Shown piece by piece: positions 1 to 13,500 of a DNA stretch of 64,000 nt. The notes below the pieces were generated by a model, which saw only the letters and a list, made by a program, of their open reading frames with translations, made no database searches and was not told the DNA's origin. How positions within the stretch are numbered: the stretch's first letter is position 1; each line of letters opens with the position of its first letter. The DNA is taken from positions 992,001-1,056,000 of the forward strand of contig CAXKVF010000073.1 in the NCBI GenBank assembly GCA_964057225.1. The letters run 5' to 3'. The translations under genes and the position numbers were made by a program. The DNA is from Auanema rhodensis (taxonomy: Eukaryota; Animalia; Nematoda).

Positions 1-34
1 TTAGCATAAATTAAAGTTCACGTAAATTTCAAAT

Positions 35-49
35 TCATGGTTACCATGA
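35..49. other. Dyad TCATGGT-T-ACCATGA (7-bp arms, 1-nt spacer; first copy given)
   Basis: The reverse complement of TCATGGT is ACCATGA. Confidence 0.85.
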
Positions 50-127
50 ACCAATATCAATAAAAATTTGTTTTTAGACTAATATGGACATGGGGAATCT
101 AATTTTGAAAACCGCATCTCTTTATCT

Positions 128-137
128 TTCACGTGAA
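128..137. other. Perfect 10-bp palindrome TTCACGTGAA with E-box/G-box core (in nearly every monomer; first copy given)
   Basis: Read directly. CACGTG is the canonical bHLH/bZIP core. Binding function is not demonstrated. Confidence 0.85.
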
Positions 138-153
138 GCGAGTTACATACCAA

Positions 154-171
154 GTGCACATCACGTGTACA
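154..171. other. Cluster of three 6-bp palindromes GTGCAC / CACGTG / TGTACA (first copy given)
   Basis: GTGCAC 154-159, CACGTG 162-167, TGTACA 166-171. ATCACGTG at 160-167 matches RTCACRTG. Confidence 0.85.
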
Positions 172-3100
172 TTTAATTAGCATAAATTAAAGTTCACGTA
201 AATTTCAAAGTCATGGTTACCATGCACCAATATCAATAAAATTTTGTTTTTAGACTAATATGGACATGGGGAATCTAATTTTGAAAACCGCATCTCTTTA
301 TCTTTCACGTGAAGCGAGTTACATACCAAGTGCACATCACGTGTACAATTAATTAGCATAAATTAAAGTTCACGTAAATTTCAAAGTCATGGTTACCATG
401 AAGCAATATCAATAAAAATTTGTTTTTAGACTAATATGGACATGGAGAATCTAATTTTGAAAACCGCATCTCTTTATCTTTCACGTGAAGCGAGTTACAT
501 ACCAAGTGCACATCACGTGTACATTTAATTAGCATGAATTAAAGTTCACGTAAATTTCAAAGTCATGGTTACCATGAAGCAATATCAATAAAAATTTGTT
601 TTTAGACTAATATGGACATGGGGAATCTAATTTTGAAAACCACATCTCTTTATCTTTCACGTGAAGCGAGTTACATACCAAGTGCACATCACGTGTACAT
701 TTAATTAGCATAAATTAAAGTTCACGTAAATTTCAAAGTCATGGTTACCATGAACCAATATCAATAAAAATTTGTTTTTAGACTAATATGGACATGGGGA
801 ATCTAATTTTGAAAACCGCATCTCTTTATCTTTCACGTGAAGCGAGTTACATACCAAGTGCACATCACGTGTACATTTAATTAGCATAAATTAAAGTTCA
901 CGTAAATTTCAAAGTCATGGTTACCATGAACTAATATCAATAAAAATTTGTTTTTAGACTAATATGGACATGGGGAATCTAATTTTGAAAACCGCATCTC
1001 TTTATCTTTCACGTGAAGCGAGTTACATACCAAGTGCACATCACGTGTACATTTAATTAGCATAAATTAAAGTTCACGTAAATTTCAAAGTCATGGTTAC
1101 CATGAACCAATATCAATAAAAATTTGTTTTTAGACTAATATGGACATGGGGAATTTAATTTTGAAAACCGCATCTCTTTATCTTTCACGTGAAGCGAGTT
1201 ACATACCAAGTGCACATCACGTGTACATTTAATTAGCATAAATTAAAGTTCACGTAAATTTCAAAGTCATGGTTACCATGAACCAATATCAATAAAAATT
1301 TGTTTTTAGACTAATATGGACATGGGGAATCTAATTTTGAAAACCGCATCTCTTTATCTTTCACGTGAAGCGAGTTACATACCAAGTGCACATCACGTGT
1401 ACATTTAATTAGCATAAATTAAAGTTCACGTAAATTTCAAAGTCATGGTTACCATTCACCAATATCAATAAAAATTTGTTTTTAGACTAATATGGACATG
1501 GGGAATCTAATTTTGAAAACCGCATCTCTTTATCTTTCACGTGAAGCGAGTTACATACCAAGTGCACATCACGTGTACATTTAATTAGCATAAATTAAAG
1601 TTCACGTAAATTTCAAAGTCATGGTTACCACGCACCAATATCAATAAAAATTCGTTTTTAGACTAATATGGACATGAGGAATCTAATTTTGAAAACCGCA
1701 TCTCTTTATCTTTCACGTGAAGCGAGTTACATACCAAGTGCACATCACGTGTACATTTAATTAGCATAAATTAAAGTTCACGTAAATTTCAAAGTCATGG
1801 TTACCATTCACCAATATCAATAAAAATTTGTTTTTAGACTAATATGGACATGGGGAATCTAATTTTGAAAACCGCATCTCTTTATCTTTCACGTGAAGCG
1901 AGTTACATACCAAGTGCACATCACGTGTACATTTAATTAGCATAAATTAAAGTTCACGTAAATTTCAAAGTCATGGTTACCATGAACCAATATCAATAAA
2001 AATTTGTTTTTAGACTAATATGGACATGAGGAATCTAATTTTGAAAACCGCATCTCTTTATCTTTCACGTGAAGCGAGTTACATACCAAGTGCACATCAC
2101 GTGTACATTTAATTAGCATAAATTAAAGTTCACGTAAATTTCAAAGTCATGGTTACCATGAACCAATATCAATAAAAATTTGTTTTTAGACTAATATGGA
2201 CATGGGGAATCTAATTTTGAAAACCGCATCTCTTTATCTTTCACGTGAAGCGAGTTACATACCAAGTGCACATCACGTGTACATTTAATTAGCATAAATT
2301 AAAGTTCACGTAAATTTCAAAGTCATGGTTACCATGAAGCAATATCAATAAAAATTTGTTTTTAGACTAATATGGACATGGGGAATCTAATTTTGAAAAC
2401 CACATCTCTTTATCTTTCACGTGAAGCGAGTTACATACCAAGTGCACATCACGTGTACATTTAATTAGCATAAATTAAAGTTCACGTAAATTTCAAAGTC
2501 ATGGTTACCATGAAGCAATATCAATAAAAATTTGTTTTTAGACTAATATGGACATGGGGAATCTAATTTTGAAAACCACATCTCTTTATCTTTCACGTGA
2601 AGCGAGTTACATACCAAGTGCACATCACGTGTACATTTAATTAGCATAAATTAAAGTTCACGTAAATTTCAAAGTCATGGTTACCATGAACTAATATCAA
2701 TAAAAATTTGTTTTTAGACTAATATGGACATGGGGAATCTAATTTTGAAAACCGCATCTCTTTATCTTTCACGTGAAGCGAGTTACATACCAAGTGCACA
2801 TCACGTGTACATTTAATTAGCATAAATTAAAGTTCACGTAAATTTCAAAGTCATGGTTACCATTCACCAATATCAATAAAAATTTGTTTTTAGACTAATA
2901 TGGACATGGGGAATCTAATTTTGAAAACCGCATCTCTTTATCTTTCACGTGAAGCGAGTTACATACCAAGTGCACATCACGTGTACATTTAATTAGCATA
3001 AATTAAAGTTCACGTAAATTTCAAAGTCATGGTTACCATGAACCAATATCAATAAAAATTTGTTTTTAGACTAATATGGACATGGGGAATCTAATTTTGA

Positions 3101-6100
3101 AAACCGCATCTCTTCATCTTTCACGTGAAGCGAGTTACATACCAAGTGCACATCACGTGTACATTTAATTAGCATAAATTAAAGTTCACGTAAATTTCAA
3201 AGTCATGGTTACCATGAAGCAATATCAATAAAAATTTGTTTTTAGACTAATATGGACATGGGGAATCTAATTTTGAAAACCGCATCTCTTTATCTTTCAC
3301 GTGAAGCGAGTTACATACCAAGTGCACATCACGTGTACATTTAATTAGCATAAATTAAAGTTCACGTAAATTTCAAAGTCATGGTTACCATGAACCAATA
3401 TCAATAAAAATTTGTTTTTAGACTAATATGGACATGGGGAATCTAATTTTGAAAACCGCATCTCTTTATCTTTCACGTGAAGCGAGTTACATACCAAGTG
3501 CACATAACGTGTACATTTAATTAGCATAAATTAAAGTTCACGTAAATTTCAAAGTCATGGTTACCATGAACCAATATCAATAAAAATTTGTTTTTAGACT
3601 AATATGGACATGGGGAATCTAATTTTGAAAACCGCATCTCTTTATCTTTCACGTGAAGCGAGTTACATACCAAGTGCACATCACGTGTACATTTAATTAG
3701 CATAAATTAAAGTTCACGTAAATTTCAAAGTCATGGTTACCATGCACCAATATCAATAAAAATTTGTTTTTAGACTAATATGGACATGGGGAATCTAATT
3801 TTGAAAACCGCATCTCTTTATCTTTCACGTGAAGCGAGTTACATACCAAGTGCACATCACGTGTACATTTAATTAGCATAAATTAAAGTTCACGTAAATT
3901 TAAAAGTCATGGTTACCATGCACCAATATCAATAAAAATTTGTTTTTAGACTAATATGGACATGGGGAATCTAATTTTGAAAACCGCATCTCTTTATCTT
4001 TCCCGTAAAGCGAGTTACATACCAAGTGCACATCACGTGTACAATTAATTAGCATAAATTAAAGTTCACGTAAATTTCAAAGTCATGGTTACCATGAAGC
4101 AATATCAATAAAAATTTGTTTTTAGACTAATATGGACATGGGGAATCTAATTTTGAAAACCGCATCTCTTTATCTTTCACGTGAAGCGAGTTACATACCA
4201 AGTGCACATCACGTGTACATTTAATTAGCATAAATTAAAGTTCACGTAAATTTCAAAGTCATGGTTACCATGCACCAATATCAATAAAAATTTGTTTTTA
4301 GACTAATATGGACATGGGGAATCTAATTTTGAAAACCGCATCTCTTTATCTTTCACGTGAAGCGAGTTACATACCAAGTGCACATCACGTGTACATTTAA
4401 TTAGCATAAATTAAAGTTCACGTAAATTTCAAAGTCATGGTTACCATGAACCAATATCAATAAAAATTTGTTTTTAGACTAATATGGACATGGGGAATCT
4501 AATTTTGAAAACCGCATCTCTTTATCTTTCACGTGAAGCGAGTTACATACCAAGTGCACATCACGTGTACATTTAATTAGCATAAATTAAAGTTCACGTA
4601 AATTTCAAAGTCATGGTTACCATGCACCAATATCAATAAAAATTTGTTTTTAGACTAATATGGACATGGGGAATCTAATTTTGAAAACCGCATCTCTTTA
4701 TCTTTCACGTGAAGCGAGTTACATACCAAGTGCACATCACGTGTACAATTAATTAGCATAAATTAAAGTTCACGTAAATTTCAAAGTCATGGTTACCATG
4801 AAGCAATATCAATAAAAATTTGTTTTTAGACTAATATGGACATGGAGAATCTAATTTTGAAAACCGCATCTCTTTATCTTTCACGTGAAGCGAGTTACAT
4901 ACCAAGTGCACATCACGTGTACATTTAATTAGCATAAATTAAAGTTCACGTAAATTTCAAAGTCATGGTTACCATGAAGCAATATCAATAAAAATTTGTT
5001 TTTAGACTAATATGGACATGGGGAATCTAATTTTGAAAACCACATCTCTTTATCTTTCACGTGAAGCGAGTTACATACCAAGTGCACATCACGTGTACAT
5101 TTAATTAGCATAAATTAAAGTTCACGTAAATTTCAAAGTCATGGTTACCATGAACCAATATCAATAAAAATTTGTTTTTAGACTAATATGGACATGGGGA
5201 ATCTAATTTTGAAAACCGCATCTCTTTATCTTTCACGTGAAGCGAGTTACATACCAAGTGCACATCACGTGTACATTTAATTAGCATAAATTAAAGTTCA
5301 CGTAAATTTCAAAGTCATGGTTACCATGAACCAATATCAATAAAAATTTGTTTTTAGACTAATATGGACATGGGGAATCTAATTTTGAAAACCGCATCTC
5401 TTTATCTTTCACGTGAAGCGAGTTACATACCAAGTGCACATCACGTGTACATTTAATTAGCATAAATTAAAGTTCACGTAAATTTCAAAGTCATGGTTAC
5501 CATGCACCAATATCAATAAAAATTTGTTTTTAGACTAATATGGACATGGGGAATCTAATTTTGAAAACCGCATCTCTTTATCTTTCACGTGAAGCGAGTT
5601 ACATACCAAGTGCACATCACGTGTACATTTAATTAGCATAAATTAAAGTTCACGTAAATTTCAAAGTCATGGTTACCATGAACCAATATCAATAAAAATT
5701 TGTTTTTAGACTAATATGGACATGGGGAATCTAATTTTGAAAACCGCATCTCTTTATCTTTCACGTGAAGCGAGTTACATACCAAGTGCACATCACGTGT
5801 ACATTTAATTAGCATAAATTAAAGTTCACGTAAATTTCAAAGTCATGGTTACCATGAACCAATATCAATAAAAATTTGTTTTTAGACTAATATGGACATG
5901 GGGAATCTAATTTTGAAAACCGCATCTCTTTATCTTTCACGTGAAGCGAGTTACATACCAAGTGCACATCACGTGTACATTTAATTAGCATAAATTAAAG
6001 TTCACGTAAATTTCAAAGTCATGGTTACCATGCACCAATATCAATAAAAATTTGTTTTTAGACTAATATGGACATGAAGAATCTAATTTTGAAAACCGCA

Positions 6101-7568
6101 TCTCTTTATCTTTCACGTGAAGCGAGTTACATACCAAGTGCACATCACGTGTACATTTAATTAGCATAAATTAAAGTTCACGTAAATTTCAAAGTCATGG
6201 TTACCATGAAGCAATATCAATAAAAATTTGTTTTTAGACTAATATGGACATGGGGAATCTAATTTTGAAAACCACATCTCTTTATCTTTCACGTGAAGCG
6301 AGTTACATACCAAGTGCACATCACGTGTACATTTAATTAGCATAAATTAAAGTTCACGTAAATTTCAAAGTCATGGTTACCATGAACCAATATCAATAAA
6401 AATTTGTTTTTAGACTAATATGGACATGGGGAATCTAATTTTGAAAACCGCATCTCTTTATCTTTCACGTGAAGCGAGTTACATACCAAGTGCACATCAC
6501 GTGTACATTTAATTAGCATAAATTAAAGTTCACGTAAATTTCAAAGTCATGGTTACCATGAACCAATATCAATAAAAATTTGTTTTTAGACTAATATGGA
6601 CATGGGCAATCTAATTTTGAAAACCGCATCTCTTTATCTTTCACGTGAAGCGAGTTACATACCAAGTGCACATCACGTGTACATTTAATTAGCATAAATT
6701 AAAGTTCACGTAAATTTCAAAGTCATGGTTACCATGCACCAATATCAATAAAAATTTGTTTTTAGACTAATATGGACATGAAGAATCTAATTTTGAAAAC
6801 CGCATCTCTTTATCTTTCACGTGAAGCGAGTTACATACCAAGTGCACATCACGTGTACATTTAATTAGCATAAATTAAAGTTCACGTAAATTTCAAAGTC
6901 ATGGTTACCATGAACCAATATCAATAAAAATTTGTTTTTAGACTAATATGGACATGGGGAATCTAATTTTGAAAACCGCATCTCTTTATCTTTCACGTGA
7001 AGCGAGTTACATACCAAGTGCACATCACGTGTACATTTAATTAGCATAAATTAAAGTTCACGTAAATTTCAAAGTCATGGTTACCATGAACTAATATCAA
7101 TAAAAATTTGTTTTTAGACTAATATGGACATGGGGAATCTAATTTTGAAAACCGCATCTCTTTATCTTTCACGTGAAGCGAGTTACATACCAAGTGCACA
7201 TCACGTGTACATTTAATTAGCATAAATTAAAGTTCACGTAAATTTCAAAGTCATGGTTACCATGAACCAATATCAATAAAAATTTGTTTTTAGACTAATA
7301 TGGACATGGGGAATCTAATTTTGAAAACCGCATCTCTTTATCTTTCACGTGAAGCGAGTTACATACCAAGTGCACATCACGTGTACATTTAATTAGCATA
7401 AATTAAAGTTCACGTAAATTTCAAAGTCATGGTTACCATGCACCAATATCAATAAAAATTTGTTTTTAGACTAATATGGACATGGGGAATCTAATTTTGA
7501 AAACCGCATCTCTTTATCTTTCACGTGAAGCGAGTTACATACCAAGTGCACATCACGTGTACATTTAA

Positions 7569-10500
7569 TTAGCATAAATTAAAGTTCACGTAAATTTCAA
7601 AGTCATGGTTACCATGAACCAATATCAATAAAAATTTGTTTTTAGACTAATATGGACATGAGGAATCTAATTTTGAAAACCGCATCTCTTCATCTTTCAC
7701 GTGAAGCGAGTTACATACCAAGTGCACATCACGTGTACATTTAATTAGCATAAATTAAAGTTCACGTAAATTTCAAAGTCATGGTTACCATTCACCAATA
7801 TCAATAAAAATTTGTTTTTAGACTAATATGGACATGGGGAATCTAATTTTGAAAACCGCATCTCTTTATCTTTCACGTGAAGCGAGTTACATACCAAGTG
7901 CACATCACGTGTACATTTAATTAGCATAAATTAAAGTTCACGTAAATTTCAAAGTCATGGTTACCATGCACCAATATCAATAAAAATTTGTTTTTAGACT
8001 AATATGGACATGGGGAATCTAATTTTGAAAACCGCATCTCTTTATCTTTCACGTGAAGCGAGTTACATACCAAGTGCACATCACGTGTACATTTAATTAG
8101 CATAAATTAAAGTTCACGTAAATTTCAAAGTCATGGTTACCATGAACCAATATCAATAAAAATTTGTTTTTAGACTAATATGGACATGAGGAATCTAATT
8201 TTGAAAACCGCATCTCTTCATCTTTCACGTGAAGCGAGTTACATACCAAGTGCACATCACGTGTACATTTAATTAGCATAAATTAAAGTTCACGTAAATT
8301 TCAAAGTCATGGTTACCATTCACCAATATCAATAAAAATTTGTTTTTAGACTAATATGGACATGGGGAATCTAATTTTGAAAACCGCATCTCTTTATCTT
8401 TCACGTGAAGCGAGTTACATACCAAGTGCACATCACGTGTACATTTAATTAGCATAAATTAAAGTTCACGTAAATTTCAAAGTCATGGTCACCATGCACC
8501 AATATCAATAAAAATTTGTTTTTAGACTAATATGGACATGGGGAATCTAATTTTGAAAACCGCATCTCTTTATCTTTCACGTGAAGCGAGTTACATACCA
8601 AGTGCACATCACGTGTACATTTAATTAGCATAAATTAAAGTTCACGTAAATTTCAAAGTCATGGTTACCATGAAGCAATATCAATAAAAATTTGTTTTTA
8701 GACTAATATGGACATGAAGAATCTAATTTTGAAAACCGCATCTCTTTATCTTTCACGTGAAGCGAGTTACATACCAAGTGCACATCACGTGTACATTTAA
8801 TTAGCATAAATTAAAGTTCACGTAAATTTCAAAGTCATGGTTACCATGAACCAATATCAATAAAAATTTGTTTTTAGACTAATATGGACATGGGGAATCT
8901 AATTTTGAAAACCGCATCTCTTTATCTTTCACGTGAAGCGAGTTACATACCAAGTGCACATCACGTGTACATTTAATTAGCATAAATTAAAGTTCACGTA
9001 AATTTCAAAGTCATGGTTACCATGAACTAATATCAATAAAAATTTGTTTTTAGACTAATATGGACATGGAGAATCTAATTTTGAAAACCGCATCTCTTTA
9101 TCTTTCACGTGAAGCGAGTTACATACCAAGTGCACATCACGTGTACATTTAATTAGCATAAATTAAAGTTCACGTAAATTTCAAAGTCATGGTTACCATG
9201 AACCAATATCAATAAAAATTTGTTTTTAGACTAATATGGACATGGGGAATCTAATTTTGAAAACCGCATCTCTTTATCTTTCACGTGAAGCGAGTTACAT
9301 ACCAAGTGCACATCACGTGTACATTTAATTAGCATAAATTAAAGTTCACGTAAATTTCAAAGTCATGGTTACCATGCACCAATATCAATAAAAATTTGTT
9401 TTTAGACTAATATGGACATGGGGAATCTAATTTTGAAAACCGCATCTCTTTATCTTTCACGTGAAGCGAGTTACATACCAAGTGCACATCACGTGTACAT
9501 TTAATTAGCATAAATTAAAGTTCACGTAAATTTCAAAGTCATGGTTACCATGAACCAATATCAATAAAAATTTGTTTTTAGACTAATATGGACATGAGGA
9601 ATCTAATTTTGAAAACCGCATCTCTTCATCTTTCACGTGAAGCGAGTTACATACCAAGTGCACATCACGTGTACATTTAATTAGCATAAATTAAAGTTCA
9701 CGTAAATTTCAAAGTCATGGTTACCATGAACCAATATCAATAAAAATTTGTTTTTAGACTAATATGGACATGGGGAATCTAATTTTGAAAACCGCATCTC
9801 TTTATCTTTCACGTGAAGCGAGTTACATACCAAGTGCACATCACGTGTACATTTAATTAGCATAAATTATAGTTCACGTAAATTTCAAAGTCATGGTTAC
9901 CATGAACTAATATCAATAAAAATTTGTTTTTAGACTAATATGGACATGGAGAATCTAATTTTGAAAACCGCATCTCTTTATCTTTCACGTGAAGCGAGTT
10001 ACATACCAAGTGCACATCACGTGTACATTTAATTAGCATAAATTAAAGTTCACGTAAATTTCAAAGTCATGGTTACCATGAACCAATATCAATAAAAATT
10101 TGTTTTTAGACTAATATGGACATGGGGAATCTAATTTTGAAAACCGCATCTCTTTATCTTTCACGTGAAGCGAGTTACATACCAAGTGCACATCACGTGT
10201 ACATTTAATTAGCATAAATTAAAGTTCACGTAAATTTCAAAGTCATGGTTACCATGCACCAATATCAATAAAAATTTGTTTTTAGACTAATATGGACATG
10301 GGGAATCTAATTTTGAAAACCGCATCTCTTTATCTTTCACGTGAAGCGAGTTACATACCAAGTGCACATCACGTGTACATTTAATTAGCATAAATTAAAG
10401 TTCACGTAAATTTCAAAGTCATGGTTACCATGAACTAATATCAATAAAAATTTGTTTTTAGACTAATATGGACATGGAGAATCTAATTTTGAAAACCGCA

Positions 10501-13500
10501 TCTCTTCATCTTTCACGTGAAGCGAGTTACATACCAAGTGCACATCACGTGTACATTTAATTAGCATAAATTAAAGTTCACGTAAATTTCAAAGTCATGG
10601 TTACCATGAACCAATATCAATAAAAATTTGTTTTTAGACTAATATGGACATGGGGAATCTAATTTTGAAAACCGCATCTCTTTATCTTTCACGTGAAGCG
10701 AGTTACATACCAAGTGCACATCACGTGTACATTTAATTAGCATAAATTAAAGTTCACGTAAATTTCAAAGTCATGGTTACCATGCACCAATATCAATAAA
10801 AATTTGTTTTTAGACTAATATGGACATGGGGAATCTAATTTTGAAAACCGCATCTCTTTATCTTTCACGTGAAGCGAGTTACATACCAAGTGCACATCAC
10901 GTGTACATTTAATTAGCATAAATTAAAGTTCACGTAAATTTCAAAGTCATGGTTACCATGAACCAATATCAATAAAAATTTGTTTTTAGACTAATATGGA
11001 CATGAGGAATCTAATTTTGAAAACCGCATCTCTTCATCTTTCACGTGAAGCGAGTTACATACCAAGTGCACATCACGTGTACATTTAATTAGCATAAATT
11101 AAAGTTCACGTAAATTTCAAAGTCATGGTTACCATTCACCAATATCAATAAAAATTTGTTTTTAGACTAATATGGACATGGGGAATCTAATTTTGAAAAC
11201 CGCATCTCTTTATCTTTCACGTGAAGCGAGTTACATACCAAGTGCACATCACGTGTACATTTAATTAGCATAAATTAAAGTTCACGTAAATTTCAAAGTC
11301 ATGGTTACCATGCACCAATATCAATAAAAATTTGTTTTTAGACTAATATGGACATGGGGAATCTAATTTTGAAAACCGCATCTCTTTATCTTTCACGTGA
11401 AGCGAGTTACATACCAAGTGCACATCACGTGTACATTTAATTAGCATAAATTAAAGTTCACGTAAATTTCAAAGTCATGGTTACCATGAAGCAATATCAA
11501 TAAAAATTTGTTTTTAGACTAATATGGACATGAAGAATCTAATTTTGAAAACCGCATCTCTTTATCTTTCACGTGAAGCGAGTTACATACCAAGTGCACA
11601 TCACGTGTACATTTAATTAGCATAAATTAAAGTTCACGTAAATTTCAAAGTCATGGTTACCATGAACCAATATCAATAAAAATTTGTTTTTAGACTAATA
11701 TGGACATGGGGAATCTAATTTTGAAAACCGCATCTCTTTATCTTTCACGTGAAGCGAGTTACATACCAAGTGCACATCACGTGTACATTTAATTAGCATA
11801 AATTAAAGTTCACGTAAATTTCAAAGTCATGGTTACCATGAACTAATATCAATAAAAATTTGTTTTTAGACTAATATGGACATGGGGAATCTAATTTTGA
11901 AAACCGCATCTCTTTATCTTTCACGTGAAGCGAGTTACATACCAAGTGCACATCACGTGTACATTTAATTAGCATAAATTAAAGTTCACGTAAATTTCAA
12001 AGTCATGGTTACCATGAACCAATATCAATAAAAATTTGTTTTTAGACTAATATGGACATGGGGAATCTAATTTTGAAAACCGCATCTCTTTATCTTTCAC
12101 GTGAAGCGAGTTACATACCAAGTGCACATCACGTGTACATTTAATTAGCATAAATTAAAGTTCACGTAAATTTCAAAGTCATGGTTACCATGCACCAATA
12201 TCAATAAAAATTTGTTTTTAGACTAATATGGACATGGGGAATCTAATTTTGAAAACCGCATCTCTTTATCTTTCACGTGAAGCGAGTTACATACCAAGTG
12301 CACATCACGTGTACATTTAATTAGCATAAATTAAAGTTCACGTAAATTTCAAAGTCATGGTTACCATGAACTAATATCAATAAAAATTTGTTTTTAGACT
12401 AATATGGACATGGGGAATCTAATTTTGAAAACCGCATCTCTTTATCTTTCACGTGAAGCGAGTTACATACCAAGTGCACATCACGTGTACATTTAATTAG
12501 CATAAATTAAAGTTCACGTAAATTTCAAAGTCATGGTTACCATGAACCAATATCAATAAAAATTTGTTTTTAGACTAATATGGACATGGGGAATCTAATT
12601 TTGAAAACCGCATCTCTTTATCTTTCACGTGAAGCGAGTTACATACCAAGTGCACATCACGTGTACATTTAATTAGCATAAATTAAAGTTCACGTAAATT
12701 TCAAAGTCATGGTTACCATGCACCAATATCAATAAAAATTTGTTTTTAGACTAATATGGACATGGGGAATCTAATTTTGAAAACCGCATCTCTTTATCTT
12801 TCACGTGAAGCGAGTTACATACCAAGTGCACATCACGTGTACATTTAATTAGCATAAATTAAAGTTCACGTAAATTTCAAAGTCATGGTTACCATGAAGC
12901 AATATCAATAAAAATTTGTTTTTAGACTAATATGGACATGAAGAATCTAATTTTGAAAACCGCATCTCTTTATCTTTCACGTGAAGCGAGTTACATACCA
13001 AGTGCACATCACGTGTACATTTAATTAGCATAAATTAAAGTTCACGTAAATTTCAAAGTCATGGTTACCATGAACCAATATCAATAAAAATTTGTTTTTA
13101 GACTAATATGGACATGAGGAATCTAATTTTGAAAACCGCATCTCTTTATCTTTCACGTGAAGCGAGTTACATACCAAGTGCACATCACGTGTACATTTAA
13201 TTAGCATAAATTAAAGTTCACGTAAATTTCAAAGTCATGGTTACCATTCACCAATATCAATAAAAATTTGTTTTTAGACTAATATGGACATGGGGAATCT
13301 AATTTTGAAAACCGCATCTCTTTATCTTTCACGTGAAGCGAGTTACATACCAAGTGCACATCACGTGTACATTTAATTAGCATAAATTAAAGTTCACGTA
13401 AATTTCAAAGTCATGGTTACCATGCACCAATATCAATAAAAATTTGTTTTTAGACTAATATGGACATGGGGAATCTAATTTTGAAAACCGCATCTCTTTA

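Noticed and set aside
1-176. Identity with known 176-178 bp satellites (Brassica CentBr, honeybee AluI repeat, Arabidopsis CEN178)
   Set aside because: Only the length agrees. The consensus has no AAGCTT or AGCT site and I recognise no sequence similarity; BLAST is needed to settle it.
1-176. 5S rRNA, tRNA or snRNA tandem gene unit
   Set aside because: No recognisable Pol III A/B/C boxes, cloverleaf or conserved RNA sequence, and the unit is too AT-rich.
174-184. Octamer/POU-like motif (ATGCTAAT on the minus strand)
   Set aside because: Short AT-rich match that is likely by chance, with no supporting context.
160-260. Budding-yeast point-centromere mimic: CDEI-like ATCACGTG, 77 bp, then TGTTTTT like the start of CDEIII
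   Set aside because: The intervening DNA is only ~77% AT (CDEII is >90%), the essential CDEIII CCG core is missing at the expected place, and point centromeres are not tandem arrays.
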